Origin: an uncultured Acidobacteriota bacterium
GTDB taxonomy: Bacteria; Acidobacteriota; Thermoanaerobaculia; Multivoradales; UBA5704
Length of the DNA: 64,000 bases
Reading direction: 5' to 3'
Assembly (NCBI GenBank): GCA_963700145.1
Contig: OY969474.1
Span: 224,001 to 288,000 of the forward strand
Part shown: positions 52,585-61,947 of the stretch, piece after piece
Position numbering within the stretch: the first letter of the stretch is position 1
Layout: each line of letters starts with the position of its first letter
Notes under the pieces: model-generated
Told to the model about the DNA's origin: nothing
The model's database searches: none
Seen by the model: only the letters and a program-made list of their open reading frames with translations
Position numbers and translations under genes: made by a program

Positions 52585-53069
52585 CCTCTGAGGGGGCCGC
52601 CGTCGGGCTCTCCCTCCGCCCGGTGCGCGACGACGACCGCGAGTTCCTCTACCGCGTCTACGCCGGCACGCGCAGCGAGGAGCTGGCGATGGCCACCGAC
52701 TGGTCGGCCGAGCAGAAGGAGCAGTTCCTCCGCCAGCAGTTCGCGGCCCAGGATGCCTACTACCGCGAGAACTACCCCGGCGCCGAGTGGTCGGTGGTGC
52801 TGCGGCACGGCGAGCCGGCCGGCCGGCTGTATGTCCACCGCCGGCCGGTGGAGATCCGCCTGATGGAGATCGCGCTCCTGCCCGAGCACCGCGGCGGCGG
52901 GCTCGGCACGGCGCTGCTCGAGGAGCTGATGGCCGAAGCGCGCGCTACGGCCAAGCCCCTGACCATCCACGTCGAGGTCTACAACCCCGCCCTCCGCCTC
53001 TACGAGCGGCTTGGTTTTCGCAAGAAGGAGGACAAGGGGGTCTATTGGCTGATGGAGTGGACGCCGTAG
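52581..53069 (+). CDS. GNAT N-acetyltransferase
   Basis: LRPVRDDDREFL, QFAAQ...Y, IALLPEHRGGGLGT, NPALRLYERLGF. Confidence 0.9.
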   Translation: MTSEGAAVGLSLRPVRDDDREFLYRVYAGTRSEELAMATDWSAEQKEQFLRQQFAAQDAYYRENYPGAEWSVVLRHGEPAGRLYVHRRPVEIRLMEIALLPEHRGGGLGTALLEELMAEARATAKPLTIHVEVYNPALRLYERLGFRKKEDKGVYWLMEWTP

Positions 53070-53089
53070 GGACCCCGGTGGAGGACGCG

Positions 53090-53563
53090 ATGAGCGACGG
53101 GATCGTCCGGACCTGCCCATCCTGCGGCAAGGCCAACCGGGTGCGTTACGACCGTCTGGCGAGCGAGGCGCGATGCGGCGCCTGCAAGACGCCGCTGCCG
53201 CCGCCGTCCGAGCCGCTCGCCGTAGACCGCGCGGATGAGTTGCGCGAGGTGCTGCGGAAGAGCGCCCTGCCGGTGCTGGTGGACTTCTGGGCGCCGTGGT
53301 GCGGGCCGTGCAAGATGGTGGCCCCCGAGATCGCCTCGGTCGCGGCGCGCAACGCCGGCAGGCTCCTGGTCGTCAAGGTCAACACCGACGTCGATCCGGC
53401 GGTGGGCACGACCTACGGGATCCAGTCGATCCCGACGATGGCCGTCTATCTGGGCGGCGCCGAGGTGGCGCGCACCGCCGGCGCCCGGCCAGCGGCGGCG
53501 ATCGAGACTTTCGTGCGCGGCGCCGTGGCCGGCGCGGCCACGCAGCCGGCGCCGGTCGCATAG
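53090..53563 (+). CDS. trxC: Thioredoxin 2 with N-terminal zinc ribbon
   Basis: CPSC...CGAC zinc ribbon; VDFWAPWCGPC; IQSIPT. Confidence 0.9.
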   Translation: MSDGIVRTCPSCGKANRVRYDRLASEARCGACKTPLPPPSEPLAVDRADELREVLRKSALPVLVDFWAPWCGPCKMVAPEIASVAARNAGRLLVVKVNTDVDPAVGTTYGIQSIPTMAVYLGGAEVARTAGARPAAAIETFVRGAVAGAATQPAPVA

Positions 53564-53568
53564 GGAGT

Positions 53569-53604
53569 CTCCCTCCCCGCGCAGCGGGGAGGGCCGGGGA
53601 GGGG
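53569..53604. repeat. Intergenic palindromic element
   Basis: ccctccccgc-gca-gcggggaggg hairpin followed by ccggggagggg, between convergent genes. Confidence 0.55.
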
Positions 53605-53692
53605 TATCGAAGTCAATGCAGTAAGGTTGCCCCAGGGTCAACCCCGCGCACCACCTGCCCCGCTCGCTCCGTCTTAAGCTCTCCGGCTGTTC

Positions 53693-53983
53693 CTAATTGA
53701 ACACCGCCTCGTAGCGGTACCCCTCCGGATCCAGGCCGACCGGCACGAGGAAGATCTCGAGCTTCCCGAGCGCGGCGTGCTCGAGCGGCACGATCTGCTG
53801 TGGCACGTAGACCTCGCGCGGGCCGCGGAAGAAGAGGGAGAAAGGGCGGCGCCGGCCGGGCGCCTCGTCCTTGCCCGGCAGCACTTCCAGCAGCTCGAAG
53901 CGGATGGTCCGCTCGGGCAGGCGCACCTCGAAGTGGCTGCCGACGTGCGGCGCGAAGCTGTCGTGGGTGAGCGTGTCGAGCAC
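53693..53983 (-). CDS. DUF6916-like small protein
   Basis: LT...F..HVG..F, RRPFSLFFRGP, LEH..LG.LEIFLVP, YEAVFN. Confidence 0.8.
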   Translation of the reverse strand: MLDTLTHDSFAPHVGSHFEVRLPERTIRFELLEVLPGKDEAPGRRRPFSLFFRGPREVYVPQQIVPLEHAALGKLEIFLVPVGLDPEGYRYEAVFN

Positions 53984-53985
53984 TC

Positions 53986-55398
53986 TCAGCTCTCCTCGGG
54001 TCCGGCGGCCACGGTGCGTTTGCGGAACCACCAGTATACCGGCAGCCCGAGCGCCAGGAGCCCGAGCCCCCAGAGCGACTCGACCGGCCGCTCGCCGAGG
54101 GTGTTCCAGACCAGCAGCACGCAAGCCAGGATGAAGAGCGCCGGCACCACCGGGTAGCCCCAGGTCTTGTAAGGGCGGGGCAGGTCGGGCCGCTTGCGGC
54201 GGAGGACGAAGACCGCCGTCCCGATCGCGGCGTGAAAGACGACGCTGACGAAGACGACGTAGGTATAGAGTTGCTCGTAGGTGCCGGAGACGGTGAGCAC
54301 GATCGCCCAGCCGCTCTGCGCCCAGAGCGAGCGCACCGGCGTGCGGTAGCGCGGGTGGACGGCGGCGAGGGCGGGGAAGAAGAGGCCGTCCTGGGCCATC
54401 GGCTGGTAGATGCGCGAGCTGTAGAGGATGGTCGAGGAGAGGCAGCCGAAGGTCGAGACCAGGACGGCGGCGGCGAGGAGCCGCGCCCCCGTCGGCCCGA
54501 AGAGCGCCGCGGCCGCCGCCTCGCCGACGCGCGCCGCGCCGGCCAGCTCGGGGAGCGGCAGCGCCCGCACGTAGACCAAGTTGAGGAGCAGGTAGAGGAG
54601 GGTGATGACGAGCGTCCCGCCGATCAGCCCGCGCGGCAGGGCCCGCGCCGGGTCGCGCACCTCGCCGGCCGAGCAGGTGAGGCCGTACCAGCCGTCGTAG
54701 GTCCAGAGGGCGGCGATCATCGCCACGCCGAAGGCGGCGAGGAGCCCACCGGCGGCGCCGGCGAGCGGTGCGAAGAGCTGCGGCTGCGCGGGCGCGGGAG
54801 CGAAGAGACCGAGCCCGGCGAAGACCACGATCGAGCCGACCTTGAGCAGCGTCAGGGCGTTCTGCAGCGCCGCCCCTTCCTTGAGACCCAGGTGATTGAC
54901 GGCGGTGAGAAGGACGATCGCCGCCACCGCCGCCACCTGGCCGCCGGAGAGGGTCCAGGTCCAGCCGCCGAGCGGCACGTCGAGCAGCACGTGCCGGGTC
55001 GAGAACCAGGGCAGGAAGCTGCCCAGGTACTCGCCGAAGGCGACGGCCAGCGCGGCGATCCCGCCCGACATGATGACCAGGAAGGCGGCCCAGCCGTAGA
55101 GGAAGCCCGGCAGGCGGCCGTAGGCCTCCTTGACGTAGTGGTAGAGCCCGCCGGCGCGCGGGAAGAGGACGCCCAGCTCGGCGTAGGTGAGGGCGCCAGC
55201 CAGCGTGAGGAGCCCGCCCGCCAGCCAGACCAGCAGCACCAGCCCGGCATGCGGCAGGACGCGCGCCATGTCGGAGGTGGTGAGGAAGATGCCGGTGCCG
55301 ATCGTGCTGCCGATCGTCAGCAGCGCCCCGTCCCAAGCGGTCAGGCCGCGGACGAGAGTAGGGCCGGGCGTGGGAGGCGACGCGGTCTCGGCGGCCAA
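53986..55398 (-). CDS. APC-family amino acid permease
   Basis: IGTGIF, YAELG..FP.AGG, WTYDGW, MAQDGLF, RPYKTWGYP; about 12 TM helices. Confidence 0.92.
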   Translation of the reverse strand: MAAETASPPTPGPTLVRGLTAWDGALLTIGSTIGTGIFLTTSDMARVLPHAGLVLLVWLAGGLLTLAGALTYAELGVLFPRAGGLYHYVKEAYGRLPGFLYGWAAFLVIMSGGIAALAVAFGEYLGSFLPWFSTRHVLLDVPLGGWTWTLSGGQVAAVAAIVLLTAVNHLGLKEGAALQNALTLLKVGSIVVFAGLGLFAPAPAQPQLFAPLAGAAGGLLAAFGVAMIAALWTYDGWYGLTCSAGEVRDPARALPRGLIGGTLVITLLYLLLNLVYVRALPLPELAGAARVGEAAAAALFGPTGARLLAAAVLVSTFGCLSSTILYSSRIYQPMAQDGLFFPALAAVHPRYRTPVRSLWAQSGWAIVLTVSGTYEQLYTYVVFVSVVFHAAIGTAVFVLRRKRPDLPRPYKTWGYPVVPALFILACVLLVWNTLGERPVESLWGLGLLALGLPVYWWFRKRTVAAGPEES

Positions 55399-55410
55399 AG
55401 CGGATGGATT

Positions 55411-57096
55411 CTAGTCGGTGAAGCGGAAACCGTCCGCGAGGCCGGGGCCGCGCGGCGTGAGCCGCGCGTCGGGGGTCGGCGTGCAGGGGAAGGGCGCGTG
55501 CCAGCACTGGTCGTTTTTCACCGGCACATGAAGGGGAAGGCCGCCGAGCGTGACGCGGCGGGTGGACGGGCGCGGGTAGTCGGCCGGGATCAGCGCGTGG
55601 CGGGCCGCGGCGGGGAATGCGTCCGGCTCCCAGCCGCGGACCTGCCAGGCCTCCCAGGCGAGGGCGGCAAGGAGGAGGGCGGCGAGGGCCGCCACCGGGA
55701 GGCGGCGGGCAGCGGCGGCGAGGAGCGGGAGAGCGAGGAGAAGGGCGAGGAGCACCACGAAGCCCCAGCCGAAGCGCGGCGCGGGAGCGGTGAAGAACCA
55801 GAAGAGCGCGCCGGCCCAGACGGTGGCGTGGAGGGCGAGGCGCTCGAAGCTCGGGCGGCGGGGCCGGCGGATCAGCAGGAGCGCCAGGTGGAACGGGGCG
55901 AGGAGGACGATGGCGAGGACCACGCCCGAGAACGGCCAGCGCAACGACTCCCACCAGCGCGGCAGCCATTCAGTCAACGGCATCGCCAGCGCCTCTTGCT
56001 GGGGCCGGTGGGGGAGGAGCGCCCAACTCCGGATCCAGTCCACATATGCCTCCACTTGCGGGCGCGGTACCTCCCAGTCGAAATCGAAGGGGTCGAGCTG
56101 GGCGAGGGGGAAAACCGGGTAGCCGGAGGCGACCAGGCTCTGCGCGACGGCCGGGACGAGCAGCAGGGCGAGCGCCGCGGCGAGCGCGCCCGCCCGCCGC
56201 GGCTTGCCCGCCGCGAGCCGGTGAACAGCGAGAAGGAATGGAAGCAGGAGGAGCGGCAGGGTCGAGAGCTTGGCCGCCACGGCGAAGCCGGTGAGGAGAG
56301 CGAGCGCAACGGCCCGGGCGTCGTCGGCACCCGCCGATTCTCCTTCGGCGCTTTCGGCGAGCTCGAGCGCGAGGACCCCCACGACCCAGACCAGCATCGC
56401 CGCGGCGACGTCGGGCGTCGGCGACGAGAGCCATTTGCCGAAGAAGCGGAGTCCCGCGAGCGGCAGGAGGAGGCGCAGCACGAGGCTCGCCCGCCGCTCC
56501 CCGCGGCGCCAGGCGGCGAGCCCGGTGACTGCCCAGAGGACGATGAGGAGCAGGACCGTGCCGTTGAGCACGTGCAGCGAGCGTCCGCCGAGCCAGACGA
56601 AGGAGAAGAGCGCCGACGGCACGAGCCACCCGGCCGAGAGGGCGAGCCGACCGTGCAGGTTGCCGAGCCCAGGCACGAAGCCGTAGCCCTCCAGCCAGCG
56701 GATGAGCGGGGCGTGGTAGGTGCCGGCGTCGTAGCTCTCGACCGGGGCGGCGGTGCGGGCGAGGACGAAGAGAATGCCCGCGGCGAGGAGGCACCAGCCG
56801 AGCGGGCCGACGTCGCGCACCTCGGCCGCCTTGCGCCGCAGCGCCTTCGGCAGCCACCGCGGCCGCAGCACGACGATCAGGAGGGCGCCGGCGAGGAAGA
56901 CGCAGAACGAGATCGCGCCGAGGCCGCCGCAGAGCGCCCAGGTCCCGGCGAGCGCCCCTAGGACCGCGAGCCCGGTCAAGGCGACGATCGGGAAGGACAG
57001 GCGGTCAGGCCCGCGCACGAGCAGGCCGAGCGCCGCGCGCCCGTAGAGGAAGCTCACGACCGCGACGAGGAGCGAAACGACCAGCGCGGCGAGCAT
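55411..57096 (-). CDS. Multi-pass membrane protein (LIC_10190-like, possibly a GT-C glycosyltransferase)
   Basis: YDAGTYH...IRW...VPGLGNLHGRLA, SGYPVFP, AP.PRFG, CW..PFPC. Confidence 0.7.
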   Translation of the reverse strand: MLAALVVSLLVAVVSFLYGRAALGLLVRGPDRLSFPIVALTGLAVLGALAGTWALCGGLGAISFCVFLAGALLIVVLRPRWLPKALRRKAAEVRDVGPLGWCLLAAGILFVLARTAAPVESYDAGTYHAPLIRWLEGYGFVPGLGNLHGRLALSAGWLVPSALFSFVWLGGRSLHVLNGTVLLLIVLWAVTGLAAWRRGERRASLVLRLLLPLAGLRFFGKWLSSPTPDVAAAMLVWVVGVLALELAESAEGESAGADDARAVALALLTGFAVAAKLSTLPLLLLPFLLAVHRLAAGKPRRAGALAAALALLLVPAVAQSLVASGYPVFPLAQLDPFDFDWEVPRPQVEAYVDWIRSWALLPHRPQQEALAMPLTEWLPRWWESLRWPFSGVVLAIVLLAPFHLALLLIRRPRRPSFERLALHATVWAGALFWFFTAPAPRFGWGFVVLLALLLALPLLAAAARRLPVAALAALLLAALAWEAWQVRGWEPDAFPAAARHALIPADYPRPSTRRVTLGGLPLHVPVKNDQCWHAPFPCTPTPDARLTPRGPGLADGFRFTD

Positions 57097-57131
57097 CGGC
57101 TACGCGGCTTGCGGCGCGCGCCGGCGCGGGG

Positions 57132-57377
57132 TCAGGGGACCAGCCGGGTGCCGGCGGCGTCCAGCACCACGAGAGCGTCCACCGGGCAGACGCCGCAGGC
57201 CTCGAGCAGCCGCTCGCGCTCGATGTCCGGCGCCTCCGGCCGGAAGGTGACGATCCCCTCGGGGTCGAGCACGAAGACGTCGCCGGCGAGCTTGGTGCAG
57301 TTGGCGCTGCCGATGCAGACCTCGCGCTCGATCCGCACCGTCAGGCCGGAGATCTGTCGCTCCTGGATCTCGCCCAT
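57132..57377 (-). CDS. Ferredoxin
   Basis: CIGSANC...CPVDAL; AAGGAG RBS. Confidence 0.85.
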   Translation of the reverse strand: MGEIQERQISGLTVRIEREVCIGSANCTKLAGDVFVLDPEGIVTFRPEAPDIERERLLEACGVCPVDALVVLDAAGTRLVP

Positions 57378-57391
57378 CCGCGCTCTCCTTC

Positions 57392-58195
57392 CTACTCCAG
57401 CACCATGCCTTCGACGCCCGGCGGACCCGGCGGATAGGTCATGCCGAGACCTTCCAGCGCCTCGACCAGGACCGTCGCGACCACCAGGTTGCGGTACCAC
57501 TTCTTGTTGGCCGGTACCACGTACCAGGGCGCGAAGTCGGTCGACGTGCGCGACAGGGCGTCCTCGTAGGCTTCCGTGTAGCTCCCCCAGAGCTTGCGCG
57601 TCTCGAGGTCGCCGGGGTTGAACTTCCAGCGCTTCGTCGGGTCGTCGATGCGCGCCTGGAAGCGCTCGCGCTGCTCGTCGGCGTCGATGTGGAGGAAGAA
57701 CTTGAGGATCGTGGTGCCCGTGTCGGCGAGCAGCTTCTCGAAGTTCACGATCTGCTCGTAGCGGGGCTCCCAGACCGCGCTCGGCACCAGCTCCAGCACC
57801 CGCACCACCAGCACGTCCTCGTAGTGGCTGCGGTTGAAGATGACCAGCTCGCCGCTTCCGGGCACTTTCGGGTGGACGCGCCAGAGGAAGTCGTGCGCCA
57901 GCTCCTCCGGCGTCGGCTTCTTGAAGGCGGCGACCTTGACGCCGGCGGGGTTCACCCCCTCGAAGACGTGGCGGAGGGTGCCGTCCTTGCCGCTCGCGTC
58001 CATCCCTTGGAGGACGACCAGCACCTTGTGCCGCTGCTCCGCCCAGAGCAGCTCCTGGAGGGCCTCGAGGCGCTCGCTGAGCCGCGCCAGCTCCGCCGCG
58101 GCGCGCTTCTTGCCGCCGCGGAAGCCGGCGGTCGAGCCGGCGTCGCGCCGCGCCAGCTCGACGCGGCTGCCCGGCTTCACCCGGTGGCGTTGCAT
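57392..58195 (-). CDS. ppk2: Polyphosphate kinase 2 family protein
   Basis: QGMDASGKDG, FKKPT.EEL.HDFLWR, FNRSHYEDV, KRWKF. Confidence 0.93.
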   Translation of the reverse strand: MQRHRVKPGSRVELARRDAGSTAGFRGGKKRAAAELARLSERLEALQELLWAEQRHKVLVVLQGMDASGKDGTLRHVFEGVNPAGVKVAAFKKPTPEELAHDFLWRVHPKVPGSGELVIFNRSHYEDVLVVRVLELVPSAVWEPRYEQIVNFEKLLADTGTTILKFFLHIDADEQRERFQARIDDPTKRWKFNPGDLETRKLWGSYTEAYEDALSRTSTDFAPWYVVPANKKWYRNLVVATVLVEALEGLGMTYPPGPPGVEGMVLE

Positions 58196-58229
58196 GGTCC
58201 CCTCACGCGAGGGGGCAAGCTACCACAGG

Positions 58230-59336
58230 CTACTCGGCGAGCAGCTCGCTCAGGAAGTCCAACGCCCGCGGGTCCTTCGACTGGCCGAGCCAGAAGAGGG
58301 CCTTCTTGCGCACCTCGGAGTCGCGGCTCTCGCGCACCAGGCGGACGAGGTGCTCGATGCCGTCGTCCGGGAGCTGCGAAAGGGCGAAGACCGCCTGCTC
58401 GCGCACCTCGGGGTCGGGGTCGCGCGACACCGCCTCGAGGATCGCGTCGGGCCGCTTCACCCGCCCCTGCGAGAGCCAGAAGAGGGCCTGCCCCCGCACC
58501 TCCGGGCTGCGGTCGCCGCGCGCCACCTCGACGATCGTCTCCGCCGCCTCCGGCACCTCGCTCTGCGACAGGGAGAAGACCGCCTTCTCGCGGATCTCCT
58601 CGTCGGGATCCTGGCGCACGACGCGGGAGAGAACCTCGTAGCCGCGGCGGCCACGCATCTGGCCGAGCCAGAAGAGGGCGGTCTCGCGGACGTCCGATGG
58701 GTTGTCTTCCTCCGCCAGGTCGGCGAGCGCCGCGTCGGCCTCCGGCAGGCCGTGGAACGCGATCGCCATGACCGCCTCCTCGGCAGGGTCCTCGCCCTTG
58801 CGGCGGCCGTCGCCCCCGGCGGCGAGCGCCGTCAGCGCGCGAAGGCTGTCCGCGGCGTCCACGTCCTCCAGCCAGACCAGACGGCGGCCGCTCAGGTCGA
58901 GCTGGCACTCCTGCGAGACCGCCCGCACCTTGCCGATCTCCCCAGCCGCCAGCCGGAAAAGGACCATCACGTTGGGACCGGCGTCGCGGTCGGCGTCGCG
59001 GTCGGAGCTGCCCCAGCTCTGGTTCTTCGCTTCGAGCCGGCACGGCCCCGGCTTCCAGTCGGACGTCCAGCAGCAGGTGTAGGGGTGGTTGGCCACGATC
59101 GGCACGTGGTAGCCGACCCAGAAGGGGTCGCGGTCCGCTGCCGCGAGGCGCTCCAGGGTGGCGGCGACGCCCCCCCGCGCCGCCGCACGCTCGAAGCGGA
59201 CGTTGAGCATCTGCGGCGGCGGCTCCACGGCGGCGGTGGCGGTGGCGGCCGCGGCGGGCGCCCCCTGCGGCGCCGCGGCGGCGTCGCAGGAGATGAGCAG
59301 GGCGGCGGCGAGGAGCTGGAGGGCGGCGCGGGTCAT
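58230..59336 (-). CDS. Exported HEAT-repeat protein (possible lipoprotein)
   Basis: MTRAALQLLAAALLISC lipobox-like N-terminus; repeated VR..A(L/V)FWL(G/S)Q units. Confidence 0.8.
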   Translation of the reverse strand: MTRAALQLLAAALLISCDAAAAPQGAPAAAATATAAVEPPPQMLNVRFERAAARGGVAATLERLAAADRDPFWVGYHVPIVANHPYTCCWTSDWKPGPCRLEAKNQSWGSSDRDADRDAGPNVMVLFRLAAGEIGKVRAVSQECQLDLSGRRLVWLEDVDAADSLRALTALAAGGDGRRKGEDPAEEAVMAIAFHGLPEADAALADLAEEDNPSDVRETALFWLGQMRGRRGYEVLSRVVRQDPDEEIREKAVFSLSQSEVPEAAETIVEVARGDRSPEVRGQALFWLSQGRVKRPDAILEAVSRDPDPEVREQAVFALSQLPDDGIEHLVRLVRESRDSEVRKKALFWLGQSKDPRALDFLSELLAE

Positions 59337-59347
59337 GGCGTTCTCCG

Positions 59348-60424
59348 TCAATCGTTGAGGACCGACTCGATGAAGCGGTCGGCCTCGGGGTCGTCGATGA
59401 GGGTCAGCTTCTGGACCGCCTCGCGCTTCAAGGCCGGGTCCTTCTCGGTGCGGAAGATTTCGATCAGCGCGCGGGCGTTGTTCTGGACGAAGAGCGCCTG
59501 GATTACGGCGCTGCGCGTCTCGCGGTCGGGGAAGGCGGCGTAGATCGCCTTGAGCGACTCGCCGCTCCCCTTGCCGCCGGTGACCCCCAGCGTGTGGATC
59601 GCCTTGCGGCGCAGGCGGGGATCGCTCTCCGCGCGCGCCACCGCGGCAAGCCCCTCGGCGTCGCCGGCGACGAGCATGGCCTGGATCACCCTCTCTTTGA
59701 TCGCGGGTCCGCCGCTGCGGTAGAGCTCGCGCAGCGCGGCGCGGTCGCCGCTGACGCCCAGGTACTCGATCGCCTTGCGCTGCAGCTCGACGTTGGAGCC
59801 GCCGCGGGCGATCTCGAGCAGCGTCTTGCGCGCCTCGGGGCTGTCGGCCTGGGAGAGGACGAAGAGCGCTTTCTCCTTGAGCCGCACGGAGTGGTTGCCG
59901 CGCAGGAACTTCTGCAGCAGCGGCACGGCGCGCTCGGGCTCGGCGCCCATCAGGCCGTTGATGGCGAAGAGCTTGAGCTCTTCGTCGTCGACCTGCTCGG
60001 GGTTGGTGGTGCCGCCGGCGGCGTTGATCTCGACCTCCAGCGTCTTGGCGTCGTCCACCCAGTTGCTCTTCGGGAAGGACTCCCGCAGCCGCTTCAGGAC
60101 GGCGAGCGCGTCGGCCTTCCGCCCCGCCTTGTGCAGCGCGTAGGCCCGCCAGTAGAGGGCGTCGTCCGCCTGCGGGCCGCCGGCCTGCGCGGCGCGGCCG
60201 AAGAGCTCGGCGGCGCGCTCCCACTGCCGCTCGTCGAGGGCATCCTGGGCCTCGTCGTAGAGCTCTTCCCGCTCGTCGGCCTCGTCCTCGTCGTCCTCGT
60301 CGTACGCGGCGAAGTGGAGGCCCGCCGGCAGGGTCATGGCGGCCGCCGGGCCGGTCAGGGAGCTCGCCGCCAAGAGCGCGGCGAGGGTGAAAGCGAAGGT
60401 GCTGCGTCGTGCCATCGTCTGCAT
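59348..60424 (-). CDS. Exported TPR + HEAT-repeat protein
   Basis: Signal peptide; ALYWRAYAL...FPKSNW (TPR-like); KEKALFVLSQ and RRKAIHTLG (HEAT). Confidence 0.8.
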   Translation of the reverse strand: MQTMARRSTFAFTLAALLAASSLTGPAAAMTLPAGLHFAAYDEDDEDEADEREELYDEAQDALDERQWERAAELFGRAAQAGGPQADDALYWRAYALHKAGRKADALAVLKRLRESFPKSNWVDDAKTLEVEINAAGGTTNPEQVDDEELKLFAINGLMGAEPERAVPLLQKFLRGNHSVRLKEKALFVLSQADSPEARKTLLEIARGGSNVELQRKAIEYLGVSGDRAALRELYRSGGPAIKERVIQAMLVAGDAEGLAAVARAESDPRLRRKAIHTLGVTGGKGSGESLKAIYAAFPDRETRSAVIQALFVQNNARALIEIFRTEKDPALKREAVQKLTLIDDPEADRFIESVLND

Positions 60425-60427
60425 CTC

Positions 60428-61246
60428 CTAAAGGGTGCTGGCGCCGGGCTCGGCGTCCTGGAGCAGGCGCTCCAGCCGCTCGGCCACGATGCGGGTCTTG
60501 AAGAGGAGGGCGCGTGCCTCGATGCGCGCGCGCAGGGTGTCGAGCTCCGCGGCCGGGAGCTCCTCGGGGGCATGGGCCAGCTCGAGCAGCAGGGGCTCCA
60601 GCTCGTCGAGCAGGGCGGCGAGGCGCGGCCGGCCGCCCTGCTCGGCGGACTGCCGGTAGAGGCGGTTGGCGCCGAGCAGCTCCTCGGCCCAGCGGCGCTC
60701 GGCCGCCAGCTCCACCCGGCCGCCGCGGCGCTCCGGCTCGACGTTGTTGAGCTCGACCAGCAGCCGCTCGGAGCTTTCGAGGTGCCCCGCCACCGAGGCG
60801 AGGAGGATCTGGTCCCGGCCGCCGGGGGAGAGGGTGCGGGCGAGCCGCGGCGATCCATCCCGGCCGCCGGCGGGAGCGTCCGGCGGCCAGACGCGGCCGG
60901 CGACGAAGCCGACGACGAGGAGCAGCGCCGCCGCGGCGGCGAGCGGCAGCAGGCGCCGGCCGTCGCCGGGCGCGAGCACCAAGAGCGAACGCAGCCGTTC
61001 GCCCCAGCCCGGCCGACGTTCCGGCAGGCGCGGCGCGACCCGCCGCCAGACCCGGGCGCCGTAGTCCGCCGGGCGGGGCGGCACCGGCAGGGCCTCGCCC
61101 ACCGTGTTCAGCACCCGCCGGAGCTCGGCGTAGCGCGCCGCCGCCTCGGGGGAGGCGGCGAGCAGGGCTGCGATCTCGGCGGCCCGCTCGGACTCGCCGT
61201 AGTAGAAGAGGACCAGGTCGTCGTCGCTGGGGAGTCTCGTCGTCAT
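60428..61246 (-). CDS. Putative single-pass anti-sigma factor
   Basis: ATGA-coupled to the ECF sigma; LVLFYYGE N-terminal domain without zinc ligands; one TM helix. Confidence 0.72.
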   Translation of the reverse strand: MTTRLPSDDDLVLFYYGESERAAEIAALLAASPEAAARYAELRRVLNTVGEALPVPPRPADYGARVWRRVAPRLPERRPGWGERLRSLLVLAPGDGRRLLPLAAAAALLLVVGFVAGRVWPPDAPAGGRDGSPRLARTLSPGGRDQILLASVAGHLESSERLLVELNNVEPERRGGRVELAAERRWAEELLGANRLYRQSAEQGGRPRLAALLDELEPLLLELAHAPEELPAAELDTLRARIEARALLFKTRIVAERLERLLQDAEPGASTL

Positions 61247-61830
61247 GCGCGCTCCGGTACCGCCCTGCCGGCCAGTGGGGCGAGGGCGCCGCGCAGCTTG
61301 CGCACGGCGCGGAAGATGGCGTGCTTGCCGGCGCTCTCGCCGAGCCCGAGGTGGGCGCAGATCTCGGCGATCGAGCGCCCCTCGAAGTGGCGCAGGACGA
61401 AGGCGGCGCGCTCGAGCGGCGTCAGCTCACCCATCGCCGCCCGCACCGCCTGCTCGACCTCCTGGCTGAGCGCCAAGCGCTCCGGGCCGGGGGCGGCGGA
61501 GGGGAGGGATCCCATGAAGTCCGGCTCCCCGGGCTCGGGGACCGGCTGGTGGTGGCGGTGGCGCTTCTGCTTTCTCGTCATCTCGATCGTCGTGTTCACC
61601 GCGATGCGGTAGAGCCAGGTGCCGAACTGCGCCCGGGCGTCGAAGCGGTGGAGCCAGCGGTAGGCGCGCAGGAAGGTCTCCTGGACGGCGTCCTCGGCCG
61701 TCCCCTCCTCGCCGGTGATGCGGTAGGCCAGCCGGAAGATCTTGTCGCTGTAACGCTCGACCAGCTCGCGGAAGGCATCGGCGTCCCCCTTCCTGGCGCG
61801 GTCCACGACCGCCGGTTCGTGCCCCTCCAT
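61243..61830 (-). CDS. ECF sigma-70 factor
   Basis: GDADAF..LV, AEDAVQETFL, FGTWLYRIAVN, ERAAFVLRHFEG...EI. Confidence 0.93.
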   Translation of the reverse strand: MEGHEPAVVDRARKGDADAFRELVERYSDKIFRLAYRITGEEGTAEDAVQETFLRAYRWLHRFDARAQFGTWLYRIAVNTTIEMTRKQKRHRHHQPVPEPGEPDFMGSLPSAAPGPERLALSQEVEQAVRAAMGELTPLERAAFVLRHFEGRSIAEICAHLGLGESAGKHAIFRAVRKLRGALAPLAGRAVPERA

Positions 61831-61838
61831 GCGCCTCC

Positions 61839-61866
61839 TTAGACGTGGCCGCGCGCGGCCGGTTGG
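61839..61866 (-). promoter_or_regulatory. Candidate ECF-type autoregulatory promoter
   Basis: On the minus strand, CAACC-N16-CGTCTAA sits directly before the GGAGG RBS. This matches the general AAC/CGT ECF pattern. Confidence 0.45.
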
Positions 61867-61947
61867 CTCCCCGCTCCCCGCCGCGCGACTGTAACCTTGA
61901 CCGGGATGCCCGGTATCCATCCACAGACAGGGCGCAGCGGGGGACGC

